Shown piece by piece: positions 1-13,312 of a stretch of 64,000 bases of DNA. The notes beneath the pieces are model-generated. The model ran no database searches and was not told where the DNA came from. It was given only the letters and a program-made list of their open reading frames with translations. The number at the start of each line of letters is the position of its first letter. The stretch's first letter is position 1. The stretch comes from Octopus sinensis (taxonomy: Eukaryota): NCBI RefSeq assembly GCF_006345805.1, contig NC_043007.1:24242001-24306000 (forward strand), read 5' to 3'. Both the position numbers and the translations under genes were made by a program.

Positions 1-478
1 CGATCGTGGCCATTTGCCAGCCTCATCTGGCACCTGTGTCGGTGGCACATAAAAACAACCATCCGAGCGTGGCCGTCTGCCAGCCTCGTCTGGCCCTGTG
101 TCGGTGGCACATAAAAACACCATCCGAGCGTGGCCGTCTGCCAGCCTCGTCTGGCACCTGTGTCGGTGGCACATAAAAAACACCATCCGAGCGTGGCCGT
201 CTGCCAGCCTCGTCTGGCACCTGTGTCGGTGGCACATAAAAAACACCATCCGAGCGTGGCCGTTTGTCAGCCTCGTCTGGCACCTGTGTCGGTGGCACAT
301 AAAATCACCCACTACACTCTCGGAGTGGTTGCGTTAGGAAGTGCATCCAGCTGTAGAACACCGCCAGATCTGACTGGACTGGTGCAAGCTTTCGGGCTCC
401 CCAGACCCCAGTTGAACCGTCCAACCCATGCTAGCATGGAAAGCGGACGTTAAATGATGATGATGATGATTTGATGAT
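1..478 (+). mobile_element. Family D retroposon (RTE-like tail ending (GAT)n) with about five internal 59-60 bp tandem units; other copies 915-1248, 8113-8330, 34700-34952, 52865-53020 (+); 13675-14116, 24375-24720, 44700-45200, 50275-50760, 63940-64000 (-)
   Basis: Shared acccactacactc..agggcatccagctgtagaaac..aacccatgctagcatggaaagcggacgttaaa(tga)n. Confidence 0.85.
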
Positions 479-522
479 ATATATATATATATATATAATA
501 TATATATATATTATAATATATA

Positions 523-861
523 TATATATGAAAGAAGGTTTGAAAATGCAATTTCAAAAGGTGTTTATTCACTTGACTGGTTTCACTTTTTTAAAAAAAG
601 ATTGTCAAAAGTAAAATGTAAAAGCTTTGTAAACACTTTGTTGTGTTAAGTACTGGTTGTCACAAAATGTTACAATACATATATACATTCTTTGATAATA
701 ATAAGAAAAATGTTAAAACAGTTTACAAAAGATTTTTCACAACAAAGTTTTTGCAAAGCTTTTACATTTTACTTTTGACAATCTTTTTCTTAAAAAGTGA
801 AACTGGCCAAGTGAATGAACACCCTTTAAAATTGCATTTTCAAACCTTCTTTCATATATAT
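523..861. repeat. Inverted repeat, arms of about 123 bp (523-645 / 738-861)
   Basis: Arms read as reverse complements with a few mismatches. Confidence 0.9.
571..612 (-). ncRNA. Hammerhead-like motif with U3-A8 core; mirror copy 771-812(+)
   Basis: ACTT-TTGACAA-T(CTTTTT..AAAAAG)T-GAAAC(CA)GTC-AAGT. Confidence 0.5.
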
Positions 862-1699
862 TTCCACTCATGCGGTATCTTACAACTTCACTTTGTTATA
901 TATATATAAAAAGCACCATCCGTTCGTGGCCGTCTGCCAGACTCGTCTGCACCACCATCCGTTCATGGCCGTTGCCAGCGCCGCCCTGACTGGCCCCCGT
1001 GCCGGTGGCACGTAAAAGCACCATCTGTCCGTGGCCGTTTGCCAGCTCTGTCTGGCACCTGTGCGGGTGGCACGTAAAAACACCCACTACACTCACGAGT
1101 GGTTGCGTTAGGATGGCATCCCCGTAGAAACACTGCCAGAATCAGACTGGGCCTGAATGCAGCCTTCTGGCTTCACAGACCCCAGTTAAACCGTCCAACC
1201 CATGCTAGCATGGAAAGCGGACGCTAAACGATAATGATGAGGATGATGATATATATACATATATATACTATATATATATATATATATTATAATATATAAT
1301 ATATATTATATAAACATTATTAACCACATATACTTAACATATATTCATAATGTATTTACTGATAGGCTGCAATTCAGTATGGTGAAAAATACTCTCTCTA
1401 AGCATGTCATTGACAGTGACTTCAGATACTCGGCCACCTAACCCATTATCGGAGTATGATGCATTTGAGGTACTTTTACCAGGTTGTGTTGGTTTGAGTT
1501 GGGTGGTAATTAGGTTTCTATACAAAGATGTTGTGGGAAAATCTTTTTGATTAATTTTGGAGTTATGCTATTGTTTATAATTTATACATGCTTGTAGAAC
1601 TTAGTAAACAAGCCTGGAGGTGTTTCTCCTTTGTTAGGTAAGCACAAGGTGTGACAGTATTTTTGCTGTTTTTTGGCATTATTGGACTTACCTTTTATC

Positions 1700-2170
1700 T
1701 TTGACAAAGGTCAAAGAAACAAAGTCCAGTGTTTAACCCCTTAGTAATGAGGTGTGTCACCTTTTTTTACACAAAAGAATGTAGGTGGGTGGTAAATTTA
1801 GGCTGGTCCTTTTGTTTCACTTTTGTTGTTATTTAGAGGATTTCCTGTTTTCATTTGTGATGTCATGGCTTTGTTAATATGGAAAATGGTTTCTCTTGTG
1901 CTTTGGATGTCCACAAAAGTATTTCTGTACAGGTTGTATATTTATATGTTTCTCTGTAGGTGTTCATTGGATTAATATATAAGGATTTTAAAAGATTTTA
2001 ATATATAAAGATTTTAAAGATATTGGATTAATATATAAGAATTTTAAACTTCATGTTTTGTCAAGTAGAGTTTGTTCGGTGTTTGTTTAGAAAATTTCTT
2101 CAAATTCTGTTATAGGTATATGCTGAAGTAGAGCTGATATAGAAGGTCTGTATATATTCATGTATATAAG
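1700..2170 (-). mobile_element. Possible decayed Penelope-like GIY-YIG endonuclease remnant
   Basis: Broken translation FYISSTS..NKHRTNST and PLNNNKSE recalls the PLE motifs YIGST..NSTxL and LLNKRSE; many stops. Confidence 0.3.
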
Positions 2171-2738
2171 TTGCTTGTTTACAAAGTTCTACAGTGGTGG
2201 TGTTGCTAGTGGCTGTGAAGGTATTGTTGTTGCTGGTGGTTGTGTTAATGGTGGTGGTGGCGGCAGTGGCAGTGGTCGTGGTGGTCGTGGTGGTCGTGGC
2301 AGCAGTGGTGGCGGCGGTGGTGGGTGGTGGCGGCAGTGGTGCTTAGCAGTATTTCTTGTGGTTCTTTATGTTCTGACTTCAAATTCCACTGAGGTCCACT
2401 TTGCCTTTTTTCGTCCTTTCAGGATCAATAAAATGTGTACTAATCAACTACTGGAATCGATGTAATTGACTGACTCCCCATCCACTAAAAATGATTGGCC
2501 TTGTGCCAAAAAAATTAGAAAGAATTATTATTATTTGCGAAAATAGTAAGAGGGGATGGCACCACTCTAAGTGTAGACCTGTGAGTCAGAGAAAGGGAAT
2601 TAGAGAGGGTACTTCCCTTGGTGTTCAGGAAGATCTTGGACGGTGGGGTTCCTCGATTATCCCTAGAGATCCCCCTGTTTCAGGAGGACTACATTACTTT
2701 CATCTTTTATTTTTACCTTTGTGCCTATAGCAGAGAGG

Positions 2739-2774
<36 letters not shown>

Positions 2775-2939
2775 GTTATTATTTTTCCTTCTTTCTTCAA
2801 ATTTTCTTCCGTTTCTCGCCGAGTGTTTTCCATACACCTAGGGCAGAGAAGCTCATTGTATGCAATCCCAGATTACACATGCAAATTCACAGGTAAAATA
2901 TGTATTTAAAAAATTAATAAATAAATAAATCCATGAATG

Positions 2940-3142
2940 GATGTTGTTTTCACAGTGATAATGCTCTTCTCAGTATATGAGTCGTTCCAGTTAACATGAT
3001 TTTTTGCATGATGGTAAGCCTGGTATCATTTTCAAGTAGGTTTCAGTACCTTTTTTTTATCATTCCTAGAAATCCTACTATCACTGGTACTGTAGTCCCC
3101 TTGAGTTGCCACATTTTTTCAATTTCTATTAGCAATTCTTTA

Positions 3143-3145
<3 letters not shown>
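2940..3145 (-). mobile_element. R4/Dong-like (restriction-like endonuclease) non-LTR C-terminal fragment
   Basis: Hand translation KELLIEIEKMWQLKGTTVPVIVGFLGMIKK resembles the KY.DL..EI..MW.LK...VPVIVGALG motif; lies between (TAAA)n and (TAC)n. Confidence 0.55.
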
Positions 3146-3207
<62 letters not shown>

Positions 3208-3413
3208 TTATTGTTATTATTATGATGATGATGATTATTATTAAGATGGTGAGCTGGCAGAATCTTTAGCATGCCAAGTAAAGTGCTTAGTGGTATTTTG
3301 TCTGTCTCTATGTTCTGAGTTCAAATTCTGCTGTGGTCGATTTTGTCTTTCAACCTTTCCGGGTCAATAAATTAAGTACCATATTATTGTTATTATCATC
3401 ATCATCATCATCA

Positions 3414-3452
<39 letters not shown>

Positions 3453-3899
3453 ATCATGGTGATGGCAGCAATGATGTTGATGATGACGATGATGATAGAT
3501 CAGGTTAAAGAGAGAATTAAACATTTATGGCCAAAGGTCAATGACAAAGGCCAAATTGGCAACAGAGCATCAAGGTCTCTTTGTGATTCATACAAACTGA
3601 CATAACCAAACAACAATAACAACAGCAACAATAACAACTAAAATGAATTAATAACACAGAAGTTAAAAGAACGCTGATTTTCAAGGCAGGGATTTAGAGA
3701 AGACAAACGCTATAATTTATTTATGAATATCATATATAAATGATTAACAAGTGCAAAAAATAACAGGTATTACATGATTCAATGAATGAACTGGAATTGA
3801 TAGCTTCTATTTTTCGGAAGTGAAATGCTATGTGCTTGATTCGTAGGTGGTGAATATCATCTTATCAGGAGCTCCATCATTCCCTGCATTCCCCTCTAT

Positions 3900-4140
3900 C
3901 ATCCATCTCTATCCATCTGCCACTCTCCTTTCACACTCTCATGAACTTATCTTCCTACTCGTCCTGTCTAACTCCTTGGACCACTTTTCTTAGATTCACC
4001 TTCTTGTAACTTGAAGCTATGCTCTGACCCTTCTTCACCACCATCTTCTCTTTTTTTCCCATGTATCTCCTCCAGCGCAAGCCACACATTTCTATCCTGC
4101 TATCATACCTTAACCTCTCATCACTTGGCACAAAAGCCAC
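3900..4140 (-). mobile_element. Possible degenerate RTE-type LINE C-terminal fragment
   Basis: GLRWRRYMGKKEKMVVKK resembles the RLRWFGHV..VKK motif; weak. Confidence 0.3.
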
Positions 4141-5352
4141 CTCCCTTGATACTATACTCCACTCAGTTGAGGGGTTTTATCTTGCAAGTTACTTGGTGAC
4201 CTCACTAGTGCTGGTGCCATGTAAAAATTTATGTTACAAACACCAGCTTAAGAATGGCAAAGTTATTTTACTAAATTCTTTATTATGTTCAAAATTGATT
4301 GAAACAAACTCAAATTTTTTTTTCCTACTCTAAGCACAAGGCCTGAAACTTTTGGTGAGGGGACCAGTTGATTAGATCAACTCCAGTATGCAACTGGTAC
4401 ATAATTTATCGATCCCAAAAGGGTGAAAGGCAAAGTTGACCTTGGCAGAATATGAACTCTGAACATAAAGTCACACGAAATACCTATTTCTTTTTTACCC
4501 ACTGGGGGCTAAACATAGAGGGGACAAACAAGGACAGACAAAGGTATTAAGTCAATTACATCGAGCCCAGTGCGTAACTGGTACTTAATTTATCGACCCT
4601 GAAAGGATGAAAGGCAAAGTCGACCTTGGCAGAATTTGAACTCAGAATGTAAAGACAGACGAAATACCACTAAACATTTCACCTGGCATGCTAATCTTTC
4701 TGCCAGCTTACTGCCTTTACAAACTCAGAATTATGGTAACAAAAGGGTTAAATTGATGCTTGTCATATAATATTATTATCATAAAATCTTACAAGTTGTC
4801 CAAGGTGCCACGCAGTGGGACTGAACCCGGAACCATGGGGTTCGTAAGCAAGCTACTTCTGGAAAGCTGTTTCTGCATCTTCCTGTATTGTCTGGAAAGT
4901 TAGTATAAAGATGTCATTCAGACAACATATTCATTTATAAATTTATAATTGGATTTAATTCCTAATAATAAAATGTGATGGATTTGACATCTCAATTGGC
5001 TCATTACAAATGTTGCTGGTACGAGAAGTAAATTAGAGTATGTGAGTGAGATTTACTGCTTCATCTGAGACTGTTGAGTTGAGGTTTCCACACTTGACTT
5101 GAAAATCATTGCACATCAGTAGAATAACTATAAGCAAGTGAAATTTTATCTACATTCAAATTTGGAACCACCAGCAGACAAAGTCTCTAAAAAAAAAAGT
5201 GGCTGTGTGGTAAGTAGCTTGCTTCCCAACCACATGATTCCAGGTTCAGTCCCACTGCGTGGCACCTTGGGCAAGTGTCTTCTACTACACCCTCGGGCCG
5301 ACCAAAGCCTTGTGAGTGGATTTGGTAGACGGAAACTGAAAGAAGCCCATCG

Positions 5353-5392
<40 letters not shown>

Positions 5393-5931
5393 ACTCTTTT
5401 CTCTGTCTGTCTGTCTCTTTCTCTTTATCTTCCTTCCACCATTTTCTCCTTTATCATGCTCTTTAACTATGTCAACGACTCTTCCTTTTTCTCACTTCTC
5501 TCACCCTCTCACCTCAGTTCATTTGCTTTCATCACCCTCTCTTACTCTTTGCCTTCTTGATCCTGTTACTTTGTGAAAATGGGGACCAAGAAGAGTAGAA
5601 AGGACTCTTTAGTCTTGCTGAGGAAAAGTCAACTTCTCTAATGGTGGTGCCAATATAAAATGCAACCAGTACACCATGTAGAGTGGCTGCTGATGGGAGA
5701 ACAGTTATCTCTAGAAAACATACTGAAAAATGGAATATTTAAGCAAGACATAGTCCCCAGGCCATCTCAGAGTACAGTAACCTCAAATAAGAACTGACAT
5801 GACCCATGATAAATGTTATGACCTATGACATAACAGGAAAATATGGATGGTGATGGTGGTGGTGGCGGCGGCAGTGGTGTGATGATGATGGTAGTGGCAT
5901 GGAGGTGGCTAAGTGGTGGTGGTGATGTTGT

Positions 5932-5980
<49 letters not shown>

Positions 5981-6006
5981 GGTTGCGGCGGTGGCGGTGG
6001 TGGTAG

Positions 6007-6046
<40 letters not shown>

Positions 6047-6149
6047 ATGAGATATAATCTTAAAAACATAATTGCAACAACTGGAAATTGTTAAAAAAAA
6101 ATGGTATAATCTTATTTTATACCAATGGTGTGGATATAGTGAAGGTGTA

Positions 6150-6960
6150 AGCTTGATAAAGTGAGAGAGAGGGGGGAGAGAGAGACAGAAACACAGAGAG
6201 GAAAAAGCAGAGAGAGGAGTATGGGAGGGAAGAAGAGAAAAAGATAAAAAGAGAAAGAGGAGAGAGAAAGAGGGGGAGAGAGTGAGAGTGACAGACAAAT
6301 AGATAGAAAGACAGAGAGGGAGAGAGAGAGATAGAGATAAGGAGAGAGGGACAGGAAGAGAGAAAAGGAGAAAGAGAGAGAGAGAAACACAAAGAGAAAA
6401 AGCAGAGGGAGAAGGAGTATGAGAGAGAAGAAGAGAGAATGACAGAAAGAGAAAGAGGAGAGAGAAGCAGGGGGAGAGAGCGAGAGTGACAGACAAACAG
6501 ATAGACAGACAGAGAGGGAGAGAGACATAGAGGAAGATGGAGAGCAAGAAGGAGAAAGGGAGAAAAAAGAGAGAGGGAGAGACAGACAGACAGAAATAGA
6601 GAGAGAAAAAGCAGAGGGAGAAGGAGTTTGGGAGAGAAGAAGAGAGAACGACAGAAAGAGAAAGAGGAGGAGAGAGTGAGAGTGAGAGACAAACAAATAG
6701 ACAGACAGAGAAGGAGAGAGACATAGAGAAAGAGGGGGAGAGAAAGATAAGGGGAGAGGGACAAGAAGAGAAAGAGGAGGAGAGAGTGAGAGTGAGAGAC
6801 AAACAGATAGACAGACAGAGAGGGAGAGAGACATATAGAAAGAGGGAGAGAGAGAGATAAGGAGAAAGGGAGAGAAAGAGAAAGAGGAGGAGAGAAAGAG
6901 AGAGATAGAAAGAGAAACAGAGAGAGAGAATAAGGGAGAGTTAAGCAGAGATAGCTAGAG
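6150..6960. repeat. Purine-rich (AG) low-complexity tract with longer-period internal repeats
   Basis: Recurrent gagagtgagagtgacagacaaa..gacagagag blocks. Confidence 0.85.
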
Positions 6961-7460
6961 AGGGAATGATATATAGAGAAAGAATGTGGGGTGGTGGGGT
7001 TGGAGAAGTATGTGAGAAAAAGAGAAGGAGAAGAAGAAGAAGAAATGGAGAGAATAGAAAATTAGACAACGGGTATGAAAATTAGCAGTTAATCTAATAA
7101 CATGCAGTTTGAATTAATTCTTAATTAAATAATTAATCAGTTGCTGTTAGTTCATTACTTGATCTTTATTCCCTAATGAACAATAAAACAAATGATGCAA
7201 AACTCTCCTAAAACCATTTAAAAAGAATACAGGTTGCTATTAGATATTGTAAGCACCAACTTGAGACTACACAAAAAGCAAAAAACTCCCCCCCCCCCAA
7301 ACAAACAGTAACTTTACTGATGGGATCGGAATCCCATATCTACCTCTTGCTGGATCACTCCATTACACGAAAGAGGGCCTTACCAGCTTATCAAATTAGA
7401 TACTATAAATTGTTTTCACGTTTGAAAACTTAAGTTAAATTCAAAGTAATTATGCAATAT

Positions 7461-7624
7461 AGGCGCAGGACCGGCTGCATGGTAAGTAGCTTGCTTACCA
7501 ACCCACATGGTTCCGGGTTCAATCCCACTGCGTGCCACCTTGGACAAGTGTCTTCTACTATAGCCTCGGGCCGACCAAAGCCTTGTGAGTGGATTTGGTA
7601 GACAGAAACTGAAAGAAGCCCGTC

Positions 7625-7658
<34 letters not shown>

Positions 7659-7890
7659 ATAATATATATATATATGTGTGTATTTGTGTGTCTGTTTGTC
7701 TCCCCAACATCGCTTGACAACCGATGCTGGTGTGTTTACATCCCCGTAATTTAGCAGTTCGGCAAAAGAGACCAATAGAATAAGTACTAGGCTTACAAAG
7801 AATAAGTCCTGGGGTCGATTTGCTTGACTAAAGGCGGTGCTCCAGCATGACCACAGTCACATAACTGAAACAAGTTAAAGAGTAAAAGAG
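7461..7890 (+). mobile_element. SINE family B with internal (TA)n/(TG)n; other copies 5199-5390, 10042-10450, 23588-23971, 48830-49270, 54355-54735 (+); split copies 23350-24140 and 61755-62410 (-)
   Basis: Head ggctgtgtggtaagtagcttgc..gggttcagtccc, body accttgggcaagtgtctt, tail (GTAAAAGA)n. Confidence 0.88.
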
Positions 7891-9689
7891 AAACAGTTTT
7901 TAAATTATTCACTGTGGAACTTTAAACAGATGTAAAGGTAACTTGCTATTCTCTTCATGCACAGAAAAATAAAAGTAAAGTTAGGTAAAGGTTACCTTCT
8001 CAAGTCATAGCAACTCATAAGGGCTGGTTTCCCAGTTTCATGGCGTATATATTCTCCACCTGGACGGGACACCAGTCTGTCGCAGGATTACTCATTTTTT
8101 CCCAACTGCTGGCGGCATGTAAAAATCACCCACTACACTCTCAGAGTGGTTGGCATTAGGAAGGGCATCCAGCTGTAGAAACCTTGCCAGATCAGATTCG
8201 AGCCTGGTGCAACCTTCTCGGTTGCCTGTCCTCAGTCAGACTGGTGAACCCATGCCAGCATGGAAAGCGGATGTTAAATGACGACGATGATGATGATGAT
8301 GATGATGACGATGATGATGATGATGATGATGAGTGGGCTGGAGCGATGTAAAATGAAGTGCTTTGCTCAAGAGCACAACACATCTCCTAGTCCAGGAACC
8401 GAAACCACAATCTTACAATCCTGAGTCCAACACCCTAACCACTAAGCTACGTACCTCCACACAGAAAAATTAAGGAGATTACCTAGATTTGTTTCCCTAT
8501 CTACTGATCATTCATCAGGGAACAAGTATCTCCTCTTTCCTCTGCTTACAAAAACCCATATTATAGGATCTTTTTCTGTTTTCTTCCAACCACTTGAAGG
8601 TTTATCTTGCTCCAGTCCACTCACCTGGCCAAAATGAGTTGTAGCTGTAATTCAAATGGACTGGCCTTGTCATATTCTGTGTGAGGCTAAATCTCCCTGA
8701 GAACTACGTTCATGAAATGCCTGTCTGTGGAGTACTCAGCCACTTACGAGTTAATCTTATCCTTGTGTGGTAATGAAAAGTGACATCCAATATTTGCTGT
8801 AGTTCAATCTATGTATCTACTGCAACTCTCATTTTCTTTCTTTCTATTTCATCTCCTCTTTGTCCCCCCTCTTCCTCTCCTTCCTGTGCCCTAGGAGGGG
8901 AAGGAGGGGAGGAAGGACTTTCAAAAGCCCCCAAAGATAGAAATCAAGAGGGGTCAGATCAGGAGATGTTATAAACTGTCTCTTATAAAAAAATAATTTT
9001 TTCCTATGTATGGAGACTTTTGAATCACCCTGTATACATGCATATGAGATTCAGTGGAATTAGGTACTTATGTTGAAGCACCAAGTTAGTGTGGATTATA
9101 GTAGGAATAATAGTAGGATTATAGTAGGAATAATAAAAATTCACAGAAAATATAAAAAATATAAGCATCTGTATTGTGTGTGCTGGTGCCATGAGAAATG
9201 TTTCTATGTTGTGACAGTTACAGAATATAGAAAGAAGTGTAAAACCGATAACTGTATAATCCAACCAAAATATCTGAGTAATGAAAATGTAAACAGAACT
9301 CAGAGTAAGGTGAATAAAATCAAAATAAGCAACAGGATATCAAGAGGTGATGCAGTACAACCATTTCAAGCAGCTCAATTTAATTGAACAATGCAATCAT
9401 TGCATCAATTTAAATGCAGAGCAATCCTCAGCTGCATAAATAAATAAATAGAATTTTTAATCAGTTGGACACATTAATATAATTTTACTCAAGTTCCCTA
9501 ATAGAGCAAGAAGAGGGAGAAAGTCCATGTTGCTATTAATGTGACTCAGAATATACTACACTTCTAAGAACTGTATGAAGACTGTTAGGGTCATAGCTTG
9601 TAAATGATTGTGGTTCACTTTTAATTTATTAGTCTTTTTTTATCAACTACCAAATCTGAAGCTAGAGGACAGTGTCTGTTTAGAATAGA

Positions 9690-10201
9690 TAGACAGAGTG
9701 AGTTGAAAATTGCTGCCCTTGTCAGGAAATTTGAAACCGTTACAAGTACTGTTATAAAGTTGCTGTTCCTGTGGTGAAATTTCAGACCGTTACTCATACT
9801 GCTATGAAGTGGCAGCTCCAGTGCCAAAATTTGAGACCGTTGCTGTAGTGTTATGGAACTGCTGCACCTGTGGCGAATTTGAGACCGTTCTTGTTGTGTT
9901 ATGGAAATGCTGTCCCTGAAGCAAAATCTGAGACTGTTCCTGTAGTGTTATAGAACTGCTGCCCCTGTGGTGAAATCTGAGGCCGTTATTATGGTGTTTT
10001 GAAACTGCTGGACCTGTGGCAAAATCTGAGACCGTTATTGAGGCTGTGTGGTAAGTAGCTTGCTAACCAACCACATGGTTCTGGGTTCAGTCCCACTGCG
10101 TGGCATCTTGGGCAAGTGTCTTCTGCTATAACCCCGGGCCGACCAATGCCTTGTGAGTGGATTTGGTAGACAGAAACTGAAAGAAGCCTGTCGTATATAT
10201 G

Positions 10202-10238
<37 letters not shown>

Positions 10239-11115
10239 TTGTCCCCCTAGCATTGCTTGACAACCGATGCTGGTGTGTTTACGTCCCCGTCACTTAGCGG
10301 TTCGGCAAAAGAGACCCATAGAATAAGTACTGGGCTGACAAAAGAATAAGTCCCGGAGTCGATTTGCTCGACTAAAGGCGGTGCTCCAGCATGGCTGCAG
10401 TCAAATGACTGAAACAAGTAAAAGAGTAAAAAAAAAAAAAAAAAAAGAGTAACTGCTGCCCTTGTGGCAAAATCTCAGACTGTTACTGTAGCGTTATGAA
10501 CTACTGTGCCTGTGGCAAAATCTGAGACTGTTACTGAAGAGTTATGGAACTGCTGCCCTTGAGGCAAAATCTCAGACTGTTACTGTAGTGTTATAGAACT
10601 GCTGCCGATGTGACAGAATCTGAGACTGTTACTGAAGAGTTATGGAATTGCAGTTGCTGTGACAAAATCTTCAACTGTTACTGTAGTGTTATGGAACTGC
10701 TGACGCTGTGACGAAAATTGCAACCGTTACTGTAATGTAAAGGAATTGCTGCCCCTCTGGCAAAATCTGAGACCGTTGTTGTAGTATTATGGAACAGCTA
10801 CACCTCTGGAGAAATATGCAATGGTTACTGTAGTGTTATGGAACTGCTGCCCTTCTGACAAAACCTACGACCATTATTGTAGTGTTATGGAACTTCTACC
10901 CTTGTGGTGAAACCTGTGACCGTTACTATTATCTGATGGAAGTGCTGACCCTTGGCGAAACCTTCGACTGTTCATGTAGTGTTATGGAGGTGCTGCCCCT
11001 CTGGCAAAATCTGAAACCATTAATAAAGTGTTATGGACTGGACGTGCCCCTCTGGTGTAATCTGCAACCGTTAATGTAGTGTTATGGATTGGGCGTGCCC
11101 CTCTGGCGAGAAACT
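9690..11115. repeat. About 49 bp minisatellite array (roughly 20 units) interrupted by a SINE B
   Basis: Unit aaatctgagaccgttactgtagtgttatggaactgctgcccctgtggca; measured periods 48-49. Confidence 0.9.
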
Positions 11116-11721
11116 TGAAAACTGGCTATGTGCTCCTTACGGAGTGATATGAACTAACAATCATACAGCAATGTTTTTCATTTGCAGTCTTCCATGTGAA
11201 CATCTGGCCACAGGAAAACATCACCTTGTCTGGAAACAGGTGAAGGTTGGTGACAGTAAGGGCATCCAGCTGTAGAAAAAAAATCTGCCTCAGCAAAATC
11301 CACCTGATCCAGGTGAGTATAGAAAAGTAGATGTTAAAACTGATGGGGATGATGTTGATGGTAACGATGACAACGACGATGACAACGACGATGACAATGA
11401 CGATGACAATATGTACAAAACAATACAAGACGAAGCTGATCTACCGTTTGAAATATTGTCTGTCTTTGTTGTGTTGCAAGACATGGAGTGATTTCAGTTG
11501 AAATTATTTCAATCAATAAATTGATCTTTGGAATATTGGTTATAAAGAAAAACAAAAGCAAAAAAAAAAAATAATATTTTAAAGAATTCATTTCTGAGAT
11601 GTTGTTTTATTTTATTTCATCTTATTTTTTTATTTATGTATTATCTCTGATGTGTTACTGGTGAGATAAATATTACACAACATAGAAATACATACATACA
11701 TTCATCTAAAGATATATATAT

Positions 11722-11784
<63 letters not shown>

Positions 11785-11836
11785 GATATATATAATATAT
11801 ATATATATATAATATATATGTATATATATATATATC

Positions 11837-11870
<34 letters not shown>

Positions 11871-11935
11871 TATATATGTATATGTATGTATATAATGTAT
11901 GTATGTATGTATGTATGAATGTATGTATGTATATC

Positions 11936-11966
<31 letters not shown>

Positions 11967-12274
11967 ATATATGTATATGTATAATGTATGTATGTATGTA
12001 TGTATGAATGCATGTATGTATGTATGTATGTATGTATGTATATATATATATATATATATATATTATGTATATATGTAATGTGTGTGTATTCATAAACATG
12101 CGTGCAAGCATATGTCCATACATGCATACTTGCATGCATGTGCACACACACACACACACACAAGCACACACACACACACATCTCACATGCAAACACCCAC
12201 ATTGAGCATTAAAATAGTACATCAGAAGGACTGGAAATAGTGAGACAAAGACTCAAAGAAAGAAAGACAGAGAG

Positions 12275-12330
<56 letters not shown>

Positions 12331-12726
12331 AGAAGTGAATCTTGAAAGAAAGACAAGAAAATACAAAGTAAGGCATAAGATAAAGTGAAAGAGGAAAAGA
12401 GGGATAGAAAGGTGCTAGATGAAAAGAAGAGAGATAGATAGGGAGAGAGGATGAAGAGTGAGAGAGAGAGAGAGGGAGAGAAAGTAAATAAATAAATAAA
12501 TGAATAAAAAAAGAAAGAAAGAAAGAAAGTAAAGAAGAGAGAAATAAAGAAAATGGGGAATATAAGAAGTTTAGTAAAGATATGCTGAATATTTTCAGAT
12601 GCTTTAATACAAGGATTTTGGGAGATTTTTGCTGCCAAAAGTTGAAGATTTTGTGAAAATATTGAATATAGTTAAAATGTCATATGAAATTAATATTTGT
12701 GACTGCTGTTGTTTTTATTTTTGTTA

Positions 12727-12757
<31 letters not shown>

Positions 12758-12979
12758 CTTTTGTCTCTCTCTCTGTTCCCAATGCATTCTCAAACGGCTC
12801 AACGAAATCAGATCATATTTTACATGGTAATACTATCAGATCCTGTGAGCTAGTTACATATAACCAATCATAGCATGTACCAATGTAGTCCCAAGAAGAC
12901 CCTTCTTGTCTTCTCGGCCTTGACACAACAGAATATTTATTGAGAACATAGCAACCGAAAAGATGAGATATATATATAT

Positions 12980-13014
<35 letters not shown>

Positions 13015-13222
13015 CGCCATGTTGATTCGCTAGCCTCTGCACACATTTTTTTCTCTCCTTGTTTCTTTCTGTGTTTCTTTTCTGTGTATCTTTCTGTTGA
13101 AGAGCGTAGGCTCGAAACGTAAAAGACTTGCTTTATTTATATTTCTGAGCGCCATACTAATACAATTGTTTGTTTGTATTCCACCTGCCTTCGTCTTTTG
13201 TTTATTTTCATAAAGCTTCCCG

Positions 13223-13225
<3 letters not shown>
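13015..13225 (+). mobile_element. About 200 bp dispersed repeat (family F) with a hammerhead-like motif; copies 35310-35490, 35500-35695, 51845-52035 (-)
   Basis: TCTTT-CTGT(T/A)GA-A-GAGC(GTAG)GCTC-GAAAC-GTA-AAAGA at 13089-13126. Confidence 0.6.
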
Positions 13226-13288
<63 letters not shown>

Positions 13289-13312
13289 GCCTGCACCAGT
13301 TCTGGGCTTGTA

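Noticed and set aside
1-300. Regularly spaced repeats resembling a CRISPR array
   Set aside because: Units are contiguous tandem copies without unique spacers, no cas genes are present, and they are part of a eukaryotic retroposon.
5909-6834. Long ORFs of 215-297 aa
   Set aside because: Stop-free by-products of an AG/CT low-complexity tract.
8485-8525. CTGATGA...GAAAC on the minus strand
   Set aside because: No convincing stems I-III and no GUH triplet.
11702-12222. YI/HT/CV-rich ORFs (also at about 25.7k, 39k, 52.5k, 59k, 60.6k)
   Set aside because: Translations of (TA)n/(CA)n microsatellites and minisatellites.
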